From an uncultured delta proteobacterium (GTDB taxonomy: Bacteria; Myxococcota; Kuafuiibacteriia; Kuafuiibacteriales; Kuafuiibacteriaceae): DNA of 64,000 nt. Shown here in pieces: positions 51,184 to 61,500 of the stretch. Made by a program: the position numbers and the translations under genes. The notes under the pieces are model-generated. The model did no database searches. It had not been told where the DNA came from and saw only the letters and a list, made by a program, of their open reading frames with translations. Positions within the stretch are counted from its first letter, which is position 1. Each line of letters starts with the position of its first letter. Location of the stretch: positions 288,001 through 352,000 of the forward strand of contig CAWDML010000001.1 in NCBI GenBank assembly GCA_963803435.1. The letters run 5' to 3'.

Positions 51184-51645
51184 ATGCAAGTTGTCTTGCT
51201 TCTTCTACTCGCTTCCCATGACCCGGAGCCGTGCCGGAACCTCGAGCTCATCGGGGATTGGAAGAAGGCGGCTCGTTGTTGGGGGGAGGTGGCCGACGAG
51301 AACCGGGAACGCCGGCGATCGCTCGCAGTGGAAGCCCACTACCGCAGAGGGCTCTGCCTGCTCGCCATCGACCGACATCATCGGGCCGAACGATCGTTCC
51401 GCTGGGTCGTCGAGCACGCGGAGGATCCGACCAGCTTCCCGGCGGCCCACAGCGCCTTTCTCCTGCTGGAGCGCCGGTATCGAGAGGTGCTGCGGGGCCG
51501 GGGCAACCGGCGGATGCTCATCGCCGCCTACGAGCGCATCGCGGATCGGGGCAACGAGGAGGTGCGGCGGCTGGCGCTGGATCGCATCGCAACGTTGCTG
51601 GGACGGGCGACGCGCGAGGATCGGATCAACCGCTCGGAGCGGTGA
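51184..51645 (+). CDS. Small secreted TPR-like protein
   Basis: GAGGAG RBS, MQVVLLLLLAS and EAHYRRGLCLLAIDRHHRAERSFRWVV. Confidence 0.6.
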   Translation: MQVVLLLLLASHDPEPCRNLELIGDWKKAARCWGEVADENRERRRSLAVEAHYRRGLCLLAIDRHHRAERSFRWVVEHAEDPTSFPAAHSAFLLLERRYREVLRGRGNRRMLIAAYERIADRGNEEVRRLALDRIATLLGRATREDRINRSER

Positions 51646-51656
51646 GCCTACCGCGA

Positions 51657-53651
51657 TCAGGGATCCGGCGTGTAGCGGAGGATCGTGCTCTCCGGCCAGT
51701 CGAGCCCTCCGCAGCTGGGGCTGCAGCCGAGCACGTCCGCGCCCGCCGATCCGTCGAACGACTCCCAGCCGGCGCTGGCCGTGAAGTCGTTCGCGCGAAG
51801 CATGATCGGTCCGTAGTGGACCTCGATGACGTTCGTGGACTCGTACAGCCTCGCCTCGGCGCTCACGATCGGCGTCTGGCTCGAGAAGCCGGTGACGTCG
51901 AGGAACGTGAAGGTACGGACGCGCTGTGGGGCGGCTCCGGCGATCGTGGAGGTGATCGTCGAGATCGGTCCGGCCGGTGAGGCCGTGTGGAGGTCGTCCC
52001 ACCACCACGCGATGAGGGCGTTCGGCAGGCCGCGGCTCGGCAGGGGGGTGTTGCTGATCGACTCGATCCCGATCGGTCCGTCGAACCCGATGATCCCGTT
52101 CGTGCTGATCAGCGCGGTGGCGACCGGCACGCCCGCGAACTCGAACGGAAAGCCGATGGGGACCGAGGTCGAGCCGTCGTCCGCGTTGGTGAAGACGAGG
52201 CTGGCGCCGCCGGCCGGCACGAGCGGCGTGTTGGGGACCGTGGTGACGGAGTAGCCGTGCTGTTCCGGGAGGGCCCGACCCGTGAGCGCGATCTGAGGAC
52301 GGCTCATGTCCTCCGCCAGGAACGAGAGCGTCCCGCTGTGCAAGCCAGCCTGCATGGGCGCAAAAGCGGCGGTGACGAGGAGCGAGGCCCCGGAGTCGAG
52401 GAGGAAGCTCTGTCCGGGGAGTGGAACGACGGAGCTGAACGCCGGATCGCTGCCCGGCTCGAGCCCGAGGAAATCGAGCGAGCAGCTCACGAAGCCCACA
52501 TTCTGGATCAGCGCGTTCGCCTCCACGCGCTGACCGAGCGGCACTGCGCCGAAGTCGATGCTCGGCTGGACCTCGAGCCGACAGCTCTCCCGGCCCACCG
52601 CCTCGGCGAAGATCGCGATCAACGCGACGCCTCCGTCGTGCCGGATCTGGAGTGTCTCCATGAACCGCCCCGCCATCGTCGGAGTGAAGGCGATTTCAAG
52701 CGCGATCACATCGTTCGGATCGACCGTGGAGGGCAGCATGCGCGGCATCCCGTTCACGCGAAGCTCGACGACGAGCCCCGGCGTCCGGCCCGGTGCCAGC
52801 TGGACCTCGGCGATCGTCGTCGGTCCGTCGGCGCGGCACAGCGCCCTCGCCGTCTCGGTCGAGCCCGCCGGCACCGGCCCCAGGAACACCTGGGCATCGC
52901 AGGCGAACGTCTCGCCGCCGCCGCCCTCCCCTCGGATCGTCTTGGAGGACGTGTTCTGACCGCCGGGGACGATCGCGAGCAGGTCGGCCCGGCCCTGGTA
53001 CGGCCCGCGGTGGTCGGGGCAGAGCTCGATGGGGAGACGGAGCTCCCCGCCCGGCCGCACATGTCCCGACACGGCCCGCACCGGACGGAAGCCCTCGGCG
53101 CCGATCAGCGCGAAGCTCTGGGCGTCGACCGCGTAGTCGGTGTCGTTCGTGCAGGTGACCTCGAGCTCGCGGCAGGTCCCGACCGCGACCGCGCCGAAGT
53201 CGCCGCCCGCGCAGCGGAACGCCTCGGCCACCCCGATGCCCTCGACGGTCTCAAAGAGCGCCGGATCGAAGCGGAGCGTGGCCTTCGAATCGCCGGCGAT
53301 CGGCTCGTAGCGGACGGACGCGCCGATGGTCTGGCCCGGCCCGAGGCTCCAGCGGAAGCCGACGGGCGCGCCGTCGATCCGGAAGGCGCCGTCGCCCCCG
53401 TCGATGCCGGCCAGCTCTACGGCCACCGTCTCGATCCCCACGTTCTGCAGCTGGAGCGGTGCGAGATAGACGCCGCCCACCGGCGCCCGGCCGAACGGGG
53501 GAACCGCCGAGATGAAGAGAAAGTCCGGCTCCGCGCCGAGACAGCCGTCCTCGGTGGAGACGGTACCCGGTGGACAGAGGAGCTCTCCGGTCTCGGCGAC
53601 GCCGCACCCGAACGCGGTGATCGCGAGCGCGATGGCGGCCGAGCGGATCAT
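51657..53651 (-). CDS. Lipoprotein with tandem choice-of-anchor D/ASH-type Ig-like domains
   Basis: Lipobox AFGC and repeated DFGAV.VG......L.N.G units. The C-terminal DDGST..PIGFPFEFAG...ISTNG...IAWWWDDL domain is typical of surface proteins. Confidence 0.8.
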   Translation of the reverse strand: MIRSAAIALAITAFGCGVAETGELLCPPGTVSTEDGCLGAEPDFLFISAVPPFGRAPVGGVYLAPLQLQNVGIETVAVELAGIDGGDGAFRIDGAPVGFRWSLGPGQTIGASVRYEPIAGDSKATLRFDPALFETVEGIGVAEAFRCAGGDFGAVAVGTCRELEVTCTNDTDYAVDAQSFALIGAEGFRPVRAVSGHVRPGGELRLPIELCPDHRGPYQGRADLLAIVPGGQNTSSKTIRGEGGGGETFACDAQVFLGPVPAGSTETARALCRADGPTTIAEVQLAPGRTPGLVVELRVNGMPRMLPSTVDPNDVIALEIAFTPTMAGRFMETLQIRHDGGVALIAIFAEAVGRESCRLEVQPSIDFGAVPLGQRVEANALIQNVGFVSCSLDFLGLEPGSDPAFSSVVPLPGQSFLLDSGASLLVTAAFAPMQAGLHSGTLSFLAEDMSRPQIALTGRALPEQHGYSVTTVPNTPLVPAGGASLVFTNADDGSTSVPIGFPFEFAGVPVATALISTNGIIGFDGPIGIESISNTPLPSRGLPNALIAWWWDDLHTASPAGPISTITSTIAGAAPQRVRTFTFLDVTGFSSQTPIVSAEARLYESTNVIEVHYGPIMLRANDFTASAGWESFDGSAGADVLGCSPSCGGLDWPESTILRYTPDP

Positions 53652-53652
53652 G

Positions 53653-54087
53653 TCACGCGAAGTCCCTGAGCATCTTGCGGAGCTCGATCGTGTGCAGCTC
53701 CTCGGTGCCGATCATGCTACGCGCAAACTCCTCGAGATACACGCTCGCGCCCTCCACGACGTCGAGGAGCTGCTTGTAGAGGTTGAGGGCCCGCTGCTCG
53801 TGATTGAGGCTCTCGCGCAGGATCGCCGAGATGTCGTGCTGGTGGCTCTCCTCGATCGGCGCGATGCCCAAGGTGGGGTGTCCCTCGAGGCCGGTCAGGA
53901 TCTCGCCGGCCTGCTGGGCGTGGAGCAGCGATTCCGTGGCCTGCCGCTTCATGAAGTCCACGATCGGCAACCGGTTGGGACCGGTGATCATCAGCGCGTA
54001 GTGGGTGTAGCGGACGACGCCGGCAAGCTCGTATTCCATGATTTGATTGAGAAGGGCGGTCGTGTTCTCGACGTTGAGGTCGTGCAC
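53653..54087 (-). CDS. bfr: Bacterioferritin / ferritin-like protein
   Basis: Ferroxidase ligand pattern LNQIMEYELAGVVRY, ESLLHA, HEQRALNLY and EELH. Confidence 0.82.
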   Translation of the reverse strand: MHDLNVENTTALLNQIMEYELAGVVRYTHYALMITGPNRLPIVDFMKRQATESLLHAQQAGEILTGLEGHPTLGIAPIEESHQHDISAILRESLNHEQRALNLYKQLLDVVEGASVYLEEFARSMIGTEELHTIELRKMLRDFA

Positions 54088-54190
54088 TTTGCCCTGGTCT
54101 CACTTTTTTCGACCCCGAGGCAAGCGCCGGGATGATCGCGCGCACAGAACGTTTTTCTCCACCCGTCGTTCAAGGCTATCTGTGTGCGCC

Positions 54191-56192
54191 ATGAGAACCT
54201 GGCTGATCTCCGCCGCGCTCCTGCTCCCCGCAGCCGCGCAGGCCGAGAAGGTACCCGCGATCGCCGTGGGCCCGGAGCTTCGAGAGGAGGCGCCGGTGCT
54301 CGACGCGCCCATCGACGAGGTGACGGTCTACTCCGATCGCGCCCGCGTGGTCCGTCGAGCCCGCGCCGACGCCAAGGCGGGCGTGAACGCCTATCGCCTC
54401 CCCGATCTGCCGGGCGGCGCCCTCCTCGACACCGTCCGCATCAGCGCCAAGGGCGCGCGGGTGATTCGTGCCGAGGCCTCGCCCGTGGAGCGCGAGGTGG
54501 TCTCGATCGCCCAGGTCGAGGGCCTCATCGGCGAGCTCGAGAAGGTGACCGACCGGATCGCCGACCTCGAGGCGGCGCTCGCGATCGATCGCAGCGAGCT
54601 GGAGCGGATCGCGGGCGTCCATCCCGCGCCGCCCGTCGAGGAGAAGGATCGCGATGGGAGGAAGCCGCTCCCGGTCGCCACCGACGCCTGGTTCAAGTCG
54701 GTCGCGTTCCTGAGCGCCCGCGACAGCGCGGCGCGCGCCCGCATCCAGAAGGCCGAGGCCGAGGAGGCGAAGCTCGCCGAGAAGCGTGACGAGCTGGCGG
54801 CCGAGATCGATCGAAAGAACCTGGGCGCGTTCACCGATCGGCGCGTCGAGGTCTTCGTGGCGATCGAGAGCCCGTCGGCCCGCAAGGTCGACCTGGCGCT
54901 CGAGTACTTCATGCCGGGCGCGCGCTGGAAACCGGCGTACGACCTCCGCTTCGAGCAGGACGGCCACCTCACCGTCGAGACGGCGGCGATGGTGCAGCAG
55001 GCTACTGGAGAGGACTGGACGAACGTCGCTCTTCTCCTCTCGACCGCGATCCCCGGCCAGGGCATCGAGCTCCCCGAGCTGCTCACCTGGACGCTCGGCG
55101 AGTCGCGCGACTTCCTCCCTCAACCCCGCGCGGCCCGCGCGCCGCCGACACCGCCGCGGTTCGCGCCGCCCTCACCGCTGCCTACCCGCGCCGAGGAGCG
55201 GCGGGAGATCGAGGTCGAGATCCTCAGGACGCGGTACGCGGTGGCGATGGGACGGGCCTCCGTGCCGGAGGTCTCCTCGCGGGCCTACGGCTCCGGGCTC
55301 GCGACCGAGCGGCCGCCCCAACAGCCGCCCGCGATCAAAAAGGCCGAACCTTCGGCGCGCCCCCGCCCCCCGACGCGGGCCAGCCCAGCGCCGCGATACG
55401 ACAACGCACCGGCCTCCCCGAACGCCGACGACTCCGAGCGGTACGAAGCGGCAGAGGTGACGATTCTCGGGCTCCAGCGCCTCGGGGTCCTTCGTGCACA
55501 CGCCGCTGGCGCTCTTCGAGTCGGGCGCTCCGCCGATCACATTCTCCGATCCGTATCTGCCGGCGGTGACCGCAGGCGGCCTCGACTATGTCTACCGCGC
55601 CCCCACGCGCAACACGCTCACGAGCGTCGCCGAGGACCACCGCGTCCCGCTGGTCGCGCAGACGTTCAAGGCCGAGACCTACTACGAGGCGTCGCCTGCG
55701 CTCGACACCACCGCCTACGTCAAGGCCAAGGTGAAGAACGGCTCCGATCGTCCCTGGCTGCGGGGGCCGACGAACATCTTCGTCGGCGGCGAGTTCGTCG
55801 GACAGGGCGAGATCCAGACCACCGGACCCGGCGGCGAGATCGGCTTCCCGCTCGGCGCGGACGAGAACGTGCGGCTGATCAGGACCGTCGTGCCCGCGAC
55901 GAAGCGCGAGGGCTTCTTCAGCAAGGACGACGTCACGACCTACGCCACCGAGATCCAGATCGGAAACTACAAGAAGCAACCGATCACGATCGAGGTCGTG
56001 GATCAGATCCCGAAAACCAACCACGAGGACGTCGAGGTCAAGCTGCTCTCGACGACCCCCGCTTCGCTCGCCGAGCCCGACGCCGACGGTGTCATGCGCT
56101 GGCGGCTCACCGTGCCTCCGGGCCAGACGAAGACGATCCGATTCTCGTACACGATCGGCCGGCCCGCCGATTGGCAGCTCTACCAGCAGTAG
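54191..56192 (+). CDS. DUF4140/DUF4139 (MuiA-like) protein; frameshift at 55462-55466
   Basis: APIDEVTVYSDRARVVR, ARWKPAYDLR and QQATGEDWTNVALLLSTA. Repair gives TISGSSASGSFVHTPL, joining ORF 55494-56192 (ITIEVVDQIP). Confidence 0.88.
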
Positions 56193-56201
56193 GAGGCGGC
56201 G

Positions 56202-57794
56202 ATGGAAGCGTTGGGACTGATCATGATGCTCATGGGGGCGCCGTCGACGGGCTCCACGATCGATCGGGTGGTGGTGTTCGGCGACCGCGCCAAGGTCACG
56301 CGCACCACCGCCGCGGCCTGCGCGGACGGGGTGGCGACGGCGGTCTTCTCTCCCTTGCCCGACACTCTGGACGTACGGACGCTCCGCGGCGAATCGAAGG
56401 CCGGCGAGGTCATCGGGGTGACGTCGAGCGTGCTCGTGGACGAGCAGGCGATGGGCGACAAGGCCAAGGAGCTGACCGCCAAGAAGGACGTGCTCGACGC
56501 GAAGATCGTCGAGAAACAGGCGGCGCTGGCGAGCCTGGCGGGGGAGACGCAGCGGGTGGGGGAGTTCGAGGCCCTCTTCACCCGGGTGCTCGACGAGGAG
56601 GTCAGGAACCCGCAACCCGCGGTCGCTTCCTGGTCACAGACGCTCGACCGCTTCCACAAGCAGGAGAGCACGCTGGGCGAGCGCCGGCTCGCCGTGGAGC
56701 GGGAGCTGCGCGATCTCTCGCGGGAGCAGACGCGCCTGTCGCGGCGGATCGAGCGCCTCGGGGCGGCGTCCAATCACCAGGCCCGCAGCGCCGCGGTCAC
56801 GGTGCACTGCGGGCAGCAGCCTAAAGTGCAAGTCGAGTTGACGTACTTGGTTCCCGGCGCGCTCTGGCGACCCGAGTACGATCTCGACTTCTCGGCCAAC
56901 CGCGGGAAGATCGGCCCGGGCGACGCGCGGTTGACGGTGGCGGCGGTGGTCCAGCAGTCCACCGGCGAGGACTGGTCCAACGTGCGGATCTCGCTCTCCA
57001 CCGCCAAGCCGAAGCTGGGGGCGGAGGCTCCCTATCCGGCGCCGCTTTGGATCACCGCCCAGAAGGAGCAGAAGGGGAAGGTGCTGGTGGAGGGATACGA
57101 GCGACGTGCGCAGCTGGAGGCGGGCGCGAACACCGCGAACGCCGGACCCGAGAGCGCCGAGCTCGAGGACAACGGCCAGGCGGTCCTGCTCCAGCTCCCG
57201 CATCGGGTCACGGTCGTCGCCGACGGCCGGCCCTACTGGAGCCCGGTCGACGCGGTCGAGGCCAAGGCCACCGGCAAGCTGGTCGCGATCCCCAAGCTGC
57301 GGCCGTACGTGTTCCGCATGGTATCGCTGAAGAACCCGGCCGCCTATCCGCTGCTCGAAGGACGCGTGCACAGCTTCCGCGGTGGTTCGTACGTCGGCGA
57401 CACCAACGTGACCTTCAAGGGCGCAGGCGAGCCGATGGAGGTGTCGCTCGGGATCGACGAGGAGCTGCACGTCGAGCGCAAGACGCTGACGGACAGAGAT
57501 CGGGGCGCGGGCTTTCTCAGCTCGACGAAGCACCTGGCGCGCGCCTACCGGATCACCGTGAAGAACCGATCGAAGACGCGCGAGAAGGTGGAGGTCCGGG
57601 AGAACATCCCGGTCTCGAAGATCGACGACGTGAAGGTGGAGCTGCTCGCGGCCGGAACCACGGCCGGATACCAGCTCGACGCGAAGCGCGGCTTTCTGGC
57701 GTGGACCCTCGACCTCTCCCCCGGGACCGAGAAGGAGGTGAACGTCGCCTACGAGGTCCACCTGCCGGAGGATTGGAAGGCATCAAACTTCTGA
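56202..57794 (+). CDS. DUF4140/DUF4139 (MuiA-like) protein
   Basis: IDRVVVFGDRAKVTR, ALWRPEYDL, QQSTGEDWSNVRISLSTAKP and VRENIPVS. Confidence 0.9.
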   Translation: MEALGLIMMLMGAPSTGSTIDRVVVFGDRAKVTRTTAAACADGVATAVFSPLPDTLDVRTLRGESKAGEVIGVTSSVLVDEQAMGDKAKELTAKKDVLDAKIVEKQAALASLAGETQRVGEFEALFTRVLDEEVRNPQPAVASWSQTLDRFHKQESTLGERRLAVERELRDLSREQTRLSRRIERLGAASNHQARSAAVTVHCGQQPKVQVELTYLVPGALWRPEYDLDFSANRGKIGPGDARLTVAAVVQQSTGEDWSNVRISLSTAKPKLGAEAPYPAPLWITAQKEQKGKVLVEGYERRAQLEAGANTANAGPESAELEDNGQAVLLQLPHRVTVVADGRPYWSPVDAVEAKATGKLVAIPKLRPYVFRMVSLKNPAAYPLLEGRVHSFRGGSYVGDTNVTFKGAGEPMEVSLGIDEELHVERKTLTDRDRGAGFLSSTKHLARAYRITVKNRSKTREKVEVRENIPVSKIDDVKVELLAAGTTAGYQLDAKRGFLAWTLDLSPGTEKEVNVAYEVHLPEDWKASNF

Positions 57795-57893
57795 GAGCGC
57801 ACCCCCCGGGAGGCGCCGGACGATCTGAGGCCCGCCCGGGCTCGGCGTCGGCCAAACGCGCGCCAACAGAGGGTTTCAGGGCGCAGCGCAGGC

Positions 57894-57910
57894 CTGGCGC
57901 GCAGGATGCT
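57894..57910 (+). promoter_or_regulatory. Possible sigma-54 -24/-12 promoter
   Basis: CTGGCGCGCAGGATGCT compared with consensus YTGGCACG-N4-TTGCW. It lies in the intergenic gap about 15 nt before ATG 57925. Confidence 0.3.
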
Positions 57911-57924
57911 AGTTTGACCTGTCC

Positions 57925-59586
57925 ATGATGCGATCCAGGGCCTTCGCGCTCACTTCGGCCTCCCTCCTCGCCGGCGCCTTCCTCTCCGCTCCTCGCCGAG
58001 CGGACGCCTGCGGCGGTCTCTTCTGCAACACGACCCCGGTGGTCCAGTCGGAGGAGGCGATCGTCTTCGACGTCGATCTCCCGAACAACTCGGTCACCGC
58101 GATCATCAACATCGTCTATCAGGGGAGCGCGAACGAGTTCGTCTGGGTGCTCCCGCTCCAGTCTGCGCCCACGCGCATCGAGACCGGATCGCAGCAGGCG
58201 TTCACCACGCTGCAGCAGCTGACCACGCCCCAGTTCCGCATCACGGACTACCAGGACGTCGGCATGTGCGCCGACTTCCCGACGCCGCTCGCCGGTTTCG
58301 CGAACGAAGACTCGGCGACCCGCGGCGGCGCCGACGCACCGCCGCAGGATCCCGGCGTCACCGTCGTCAGCCGCGATCAGGTCGGGCCGTACGACACCGT
58401 CGTGCTCGAAGGCGTTCCGAAGGCGGTCCGCGACTGGCTCGTGGAGAACGGCTTCCTCGTGACCGACCAGATGATGGAGAAGGTCACGCCGTACCTCGCG
58501 CAGGGTGACACGCTGCTGGCGCTCAAGCTCCTCAACGATCGCGACGTCGGCGAGATCCGGCCGATCGAGGTGACGATGCAGACGGACGTGGCCGAGAAGG
58601 CGATCGAGGCCTGCGTCCCGATCCGCCTCACCGCCATCGCGGCCCAGGCCGACATGCCCATCACCACCTACGTCTTCAGCGACGCTGGGCGCGCGATCCC
58701 CAAGAACTACTTCCACGTGATCCCGAACCTGCTGAAGATCGACTGGATCAATTACGGCAGCAACTATCGCCAGCTGATCGCGGACGCGGTGGACGAGGCC
58801 GACGCCGGACATGCCTTCGTGACCGAGTACGCCGGCTCCCCGAGCATCCTCGAGAACCAGCTGTACACCGACAGCATGTTCGACCTCGATCGGCTCCGCG
58901 CCCAGACCGACCTCGGCGCGTTCCTCCAGGAGCTGATCAACCAGAACCTGCTCCGCCGTGAGGGTGTGCGCCCGATCCTCGAGCACTACTTCCAGACGGT
59001 GAAGGACTGCCCCGGATGCTCGCCGTTCGACTTCAACGGCCAGCAGATCGATCCGAACGCGGCGGTCGACGACATCGCCCACGACGTGATCGACCCGGAC
59101 CGCCGCGCCCAGCAGATCTTCGACTCGCGCTCGCACTTCACGCGCCTGCTCACGATCCTCGATCCCGAGGAGATGACCGAGGATCCGATCTTCGCGTACG
59201 ACCCGAACCTGGCCGACGTGAGCAACGTTCACGAGGCCAAGATGATCCGGTACTGCGGCATCGGCGGGGCGCCCGGGAGCGCGGGCATCGTCGTGGTCCT
59301 GGAGGACGGGCGCCGGATCTACTTCGACGGCAACGGTCAGTCGAACAACGAGCTCATCGACGCCATGCCGTCGGCCGAGAAGATCGAGCAGCTGGCCGAG
59401 GGCCTGCTCGTCAAGGACAACACGAACGACATCAACAACCTGCTGGACGAGCACAACGACCGGAACAGCAGCGGCTGCGGCTGTGGATCGGCCGGCGAGC
59501 GGGGCGGCGCGGCCGGGAGCGCCGTCGGTGCGCTGATGCTCGGCCTCGTCCTCACGCTGCGCCGCCGCCGAAAAGACCCGAAGTGA
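57925..59586 (+). CDS. DUF2330 domain protein with MYXO-CTERM-like tail
   Basis: ADACGGLFC...VVQSEEAIVF, YQGSANEFVWVLP, VGPYDTVVL, VPIRLTAIAA and FVTEYAG. Tail SSGCGCG...LMLGLVLTLRRRRK. Confidence 0.9.
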   Translation: MMRSRAFALTSASLLAGAFLSAPRRADACGGLFCNTTPVVQSEEAIVFDVDLPNNSVTAIINIVYQGSANEFVWVLPLQSAPTRIETGSQQAFTTLQQLTTPQFRITDYQDVGMCADFPTPLAGFANEDSATRGGADAPPQDPGVTVVSRDQVGPYDTVVLEGVPKAVRDWLVENGFLVTDQMMEKVTPYLAQGDTLLALKLLNDRDVGEIRPIEVTMQTDVAEKAIEACVPIRLTAIAAQADMPITTYVFSDAGRAIPKNYFHVIPNLLKIDWINYGSNYRQLIADAVDEADAGHAFVTEYAGSPSILENQLYTDSMFDLDRLRAQTDLGAFLQELINQNLLRREGVRPILEHYFQTVKDCPGCSPFDFNGQQIDPNAAVDDIAHDVIDPDRRAQQIFDSRSHFTRLLTILDPEEMTEDPIFAYDPNLADVSNVHEAKMIRYCGIGGAPGSAGIVVVLEDGRRIYFDGNGQSNNELIDAMPSAEKIEQLAEGLLVKDNTNDINNLLDEHNDRNSSGCGCGSAGERGGAAGSAVGALMLGLVLTLRRRRKDPK

Positions 59587-59635
59587 GCGCGGCGGGCTTT
59601 GCCCGCACGGTCCGCCCCCCTACCATCGAGCCGTC

Positions 59636-60172
59636 ATGATGCTCCGCGTCCGGATGGTTCCGCTCGCCCTGCTCTTCGCCTGCGGACAGGGAACCGACGG
59701 CTCTGTACCCGACACCGGGCTCCCGCCGGTCGATTGCCCCACCCACGACGGCGCCACCTTCGAGCTGGGCACCGGCCAGAGCGAGTTCATCCCGATCGCC
59801 GACGAGGCCCCGCTCTCGATCACGCGCGGCCCGCAGGGGGGCTGCCACTTCTTCATCTCGGTCCGCACCGACGGCTTCGCCGAGCGCCGCTTCGTCATCC
59901 AGTACGAGGTCCTGTTCGCCGAGACCGGCACGACCACCGGGAGCCGCAGCTCCTTCACGGTTCGGCTCCGCCCGGTCGACGATCAGCCGGGCCGCTGCCA
60001 GTTCCTGGGGAGCACCGCCTTCCTCATCCAGCCCTGGAGATTCGTCGACGACCGCGTGATCCTCGAGGTCAACGTGACCGACGACGAGGGACGGACCGAC
60101 TCGAAGAGGAAGACGGTGATCGCCCGCTGGCCGTCCGGGCTCCCCGACGACGCCTGCGGGCCGCGCAGCTGA
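59636..60172 (+). CDS. Hypothetical lipoprotein
   Basis: Lipobox LLFAC and motif FELGTG...F.P......I.RGPQGGCH. Confidence 0.75.
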   Translation: MMLRVRMVPLALLFACGQGTDGSVPDTGLPPVDCPTHDGATFELGTGQSEFIPIADEAPLSITRGPQGGCHFFISVRTDGFAERRFVIQYEVLFAETGTTTGSRSSFTVRLRPVDDQPGRCQFLGSTAFLIQPWRFVDDRVILEVNVTDDEGRTDSKRKTVIARWPSGLPDDACGPRS

Positions 60173-60179
60173 GCGACAG

Positions 60180-61499
60180 ATGAGCCTCGATCCCGATGAC
60201 TGGGAGGCGCTCAGGCGCCTCGGCCACCGCATGATCGATCGGATGATCGATCGGCACCGGACGATCGCGGGGGAGAGAGTTCACCGGCAGCCGGGCCACC
60301 ACAAGAAGCGCCTGCAGCGACCGGTGCCCGAGCAGGGCGCCGGCTTCGAGGCGGCCTACCAGGACTACCTCGACCTGGTGGAGCCGTTCGGCACCGGCAA
60401 CCTGCACCCCCGCTTCTTCGGCTGGGCGCTCGGGAGCGGGACCTCCTTCGGCGCGCTGGCGCAGCTCCTCACCGGCGCGCTCTCGGCCAACGCGTTCGGC
60501 GGCGAGCAGGCGGCCACGTACGTGGAGACGGAGCTGCTCGGTTGGCTGAAGACGATCTTGCGGCAGCCGCCGGAGGCGTGCGGGCTTTTGACCAGCGGCG
60601 CCTCGATCGCGAACCTCTATGCGCTCCACGTGGCGCGCGAGACGCTGGGGAGGCGCCGCGTGGTGGCGTCGGATCAGGTCCACGTCTCGATCGATCGGGC
60701 GTGCCGGATGCTCGGGCTGGAGCTGACGGCGGCCGCAGACCCGGCGGCGGCGATCGACGCCGAGACGCTGGCCGTGGTCGGCACCGCCGGCACCGTGGTG
60801 ACGGGGGCGTTCGAGGACCTGGACCGCCTGGCGCAGGCCGCCGCGGACAAGGGCGCCTGGTTCCACGTCGACGCGGCGATCGGCATCGGCGCCGCGCTGA
60901 CACCGCGCCTGCAGGATAGCTTGCGCGGCCTGGAGCGCGCCGACTCGGTCGCGTTCGATCTCCACAAGTGGTTGCAGATCGGCCCGGGCACGGGGGGCCT
61001 GCTGGTGAGAAACGCCCGGGCCCACGCCGCGGCCTTCCGCCAGCCGAGCCCCTATCTGGGGGCGATCCGCGGGGGCCTGGGAGGCTCCGACGTCTGGTTC
61101 CATCGCCTCGGGGCCGAGCACACCCGGCGATTCCTCGCGCTCGAGCCGTGGCTGGTGCTGCTGGCCTACGGGACGGAGCGGCTGCGGGCGATGGTGGAGG
61201 AGAGCCTCGATCTGGCCCAGCGCTTCGCCGCCCGCGTCGACGCCACGCCCGACCTCGAGCGCCTGGCCGAGGTACCGCTCAACATCGTGCTCTTTCGCTT
61301 CCGGTCCGAGGCCCCACGCGCCAACGAGCGCCTCCTGGCGGAGCTGCAGCAGCGCGGGCGTGCGGTCCTCTCGCCGGCGAGCCTCGGGGACCGGTTCGCG
61401 CTCCGAGCGGCGATCTTCGGGCATCGCACCACGGCCGCGCAGATCGACGCCGCGGTCGACGAGATTGCGGACCTCGGGCGCACGCTGAACTCGGCCTGA
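60180..61499 (+). CDS. Group II PLP-dependent (aromatic amino acid-like) decarboxylase
   Basis: HPRFFGW, TSGASIANL, HVSIDRA, GTAGTV.TGAFED, WFHVDAA.G and ADSVAFDLHKW (PLP Lys). Confidence 0.9.
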   Translation: MSLDPDDWEALRRLGHRMIDRMIDRHRTIAGERVHRQPGHHKKRLQRPVPEQGAGFEAAYQDYLDLVEPFGTGNLHPRFFGWALGSGTSFGALAQLLTGALSANAFGGEQAATYVETELLGWLKTILRQPPEACGLLTSGASIANLYALHVARETLGRRRVVASDQVHVSIDRACRMLGLELTAAADPAAAIDAETLAVVGTAGTVVTGAFEDLDRLAQAAADKGAWFHVDAAIGIGAALTPRLQDSLRGLERADSVAFDLHKWLQIGPGTGGLLVRNARAHAAAFRQPSPYLGAIRGGLGGSDVWFHRLGAEHTRRFLALEPWLVLLAYGTERLRAMVEESLDLAQRFAARVDATPDLERLAEVPLNIVLFRFRSEAPRANERLLAELQQRGRAVLSPASLGDRFALRAAIFGHRTTAAQIDAAVDEIADLGRTLNSA

Positions 61500-61500
61500 A

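Noticed and set aside
59592-59606. GCGGGC-TTT-GCCCGC hairpin after the DUF2330 gene
   Set aside because: It has a 6-bp stem and no U-tract, too weak to call a terminator.
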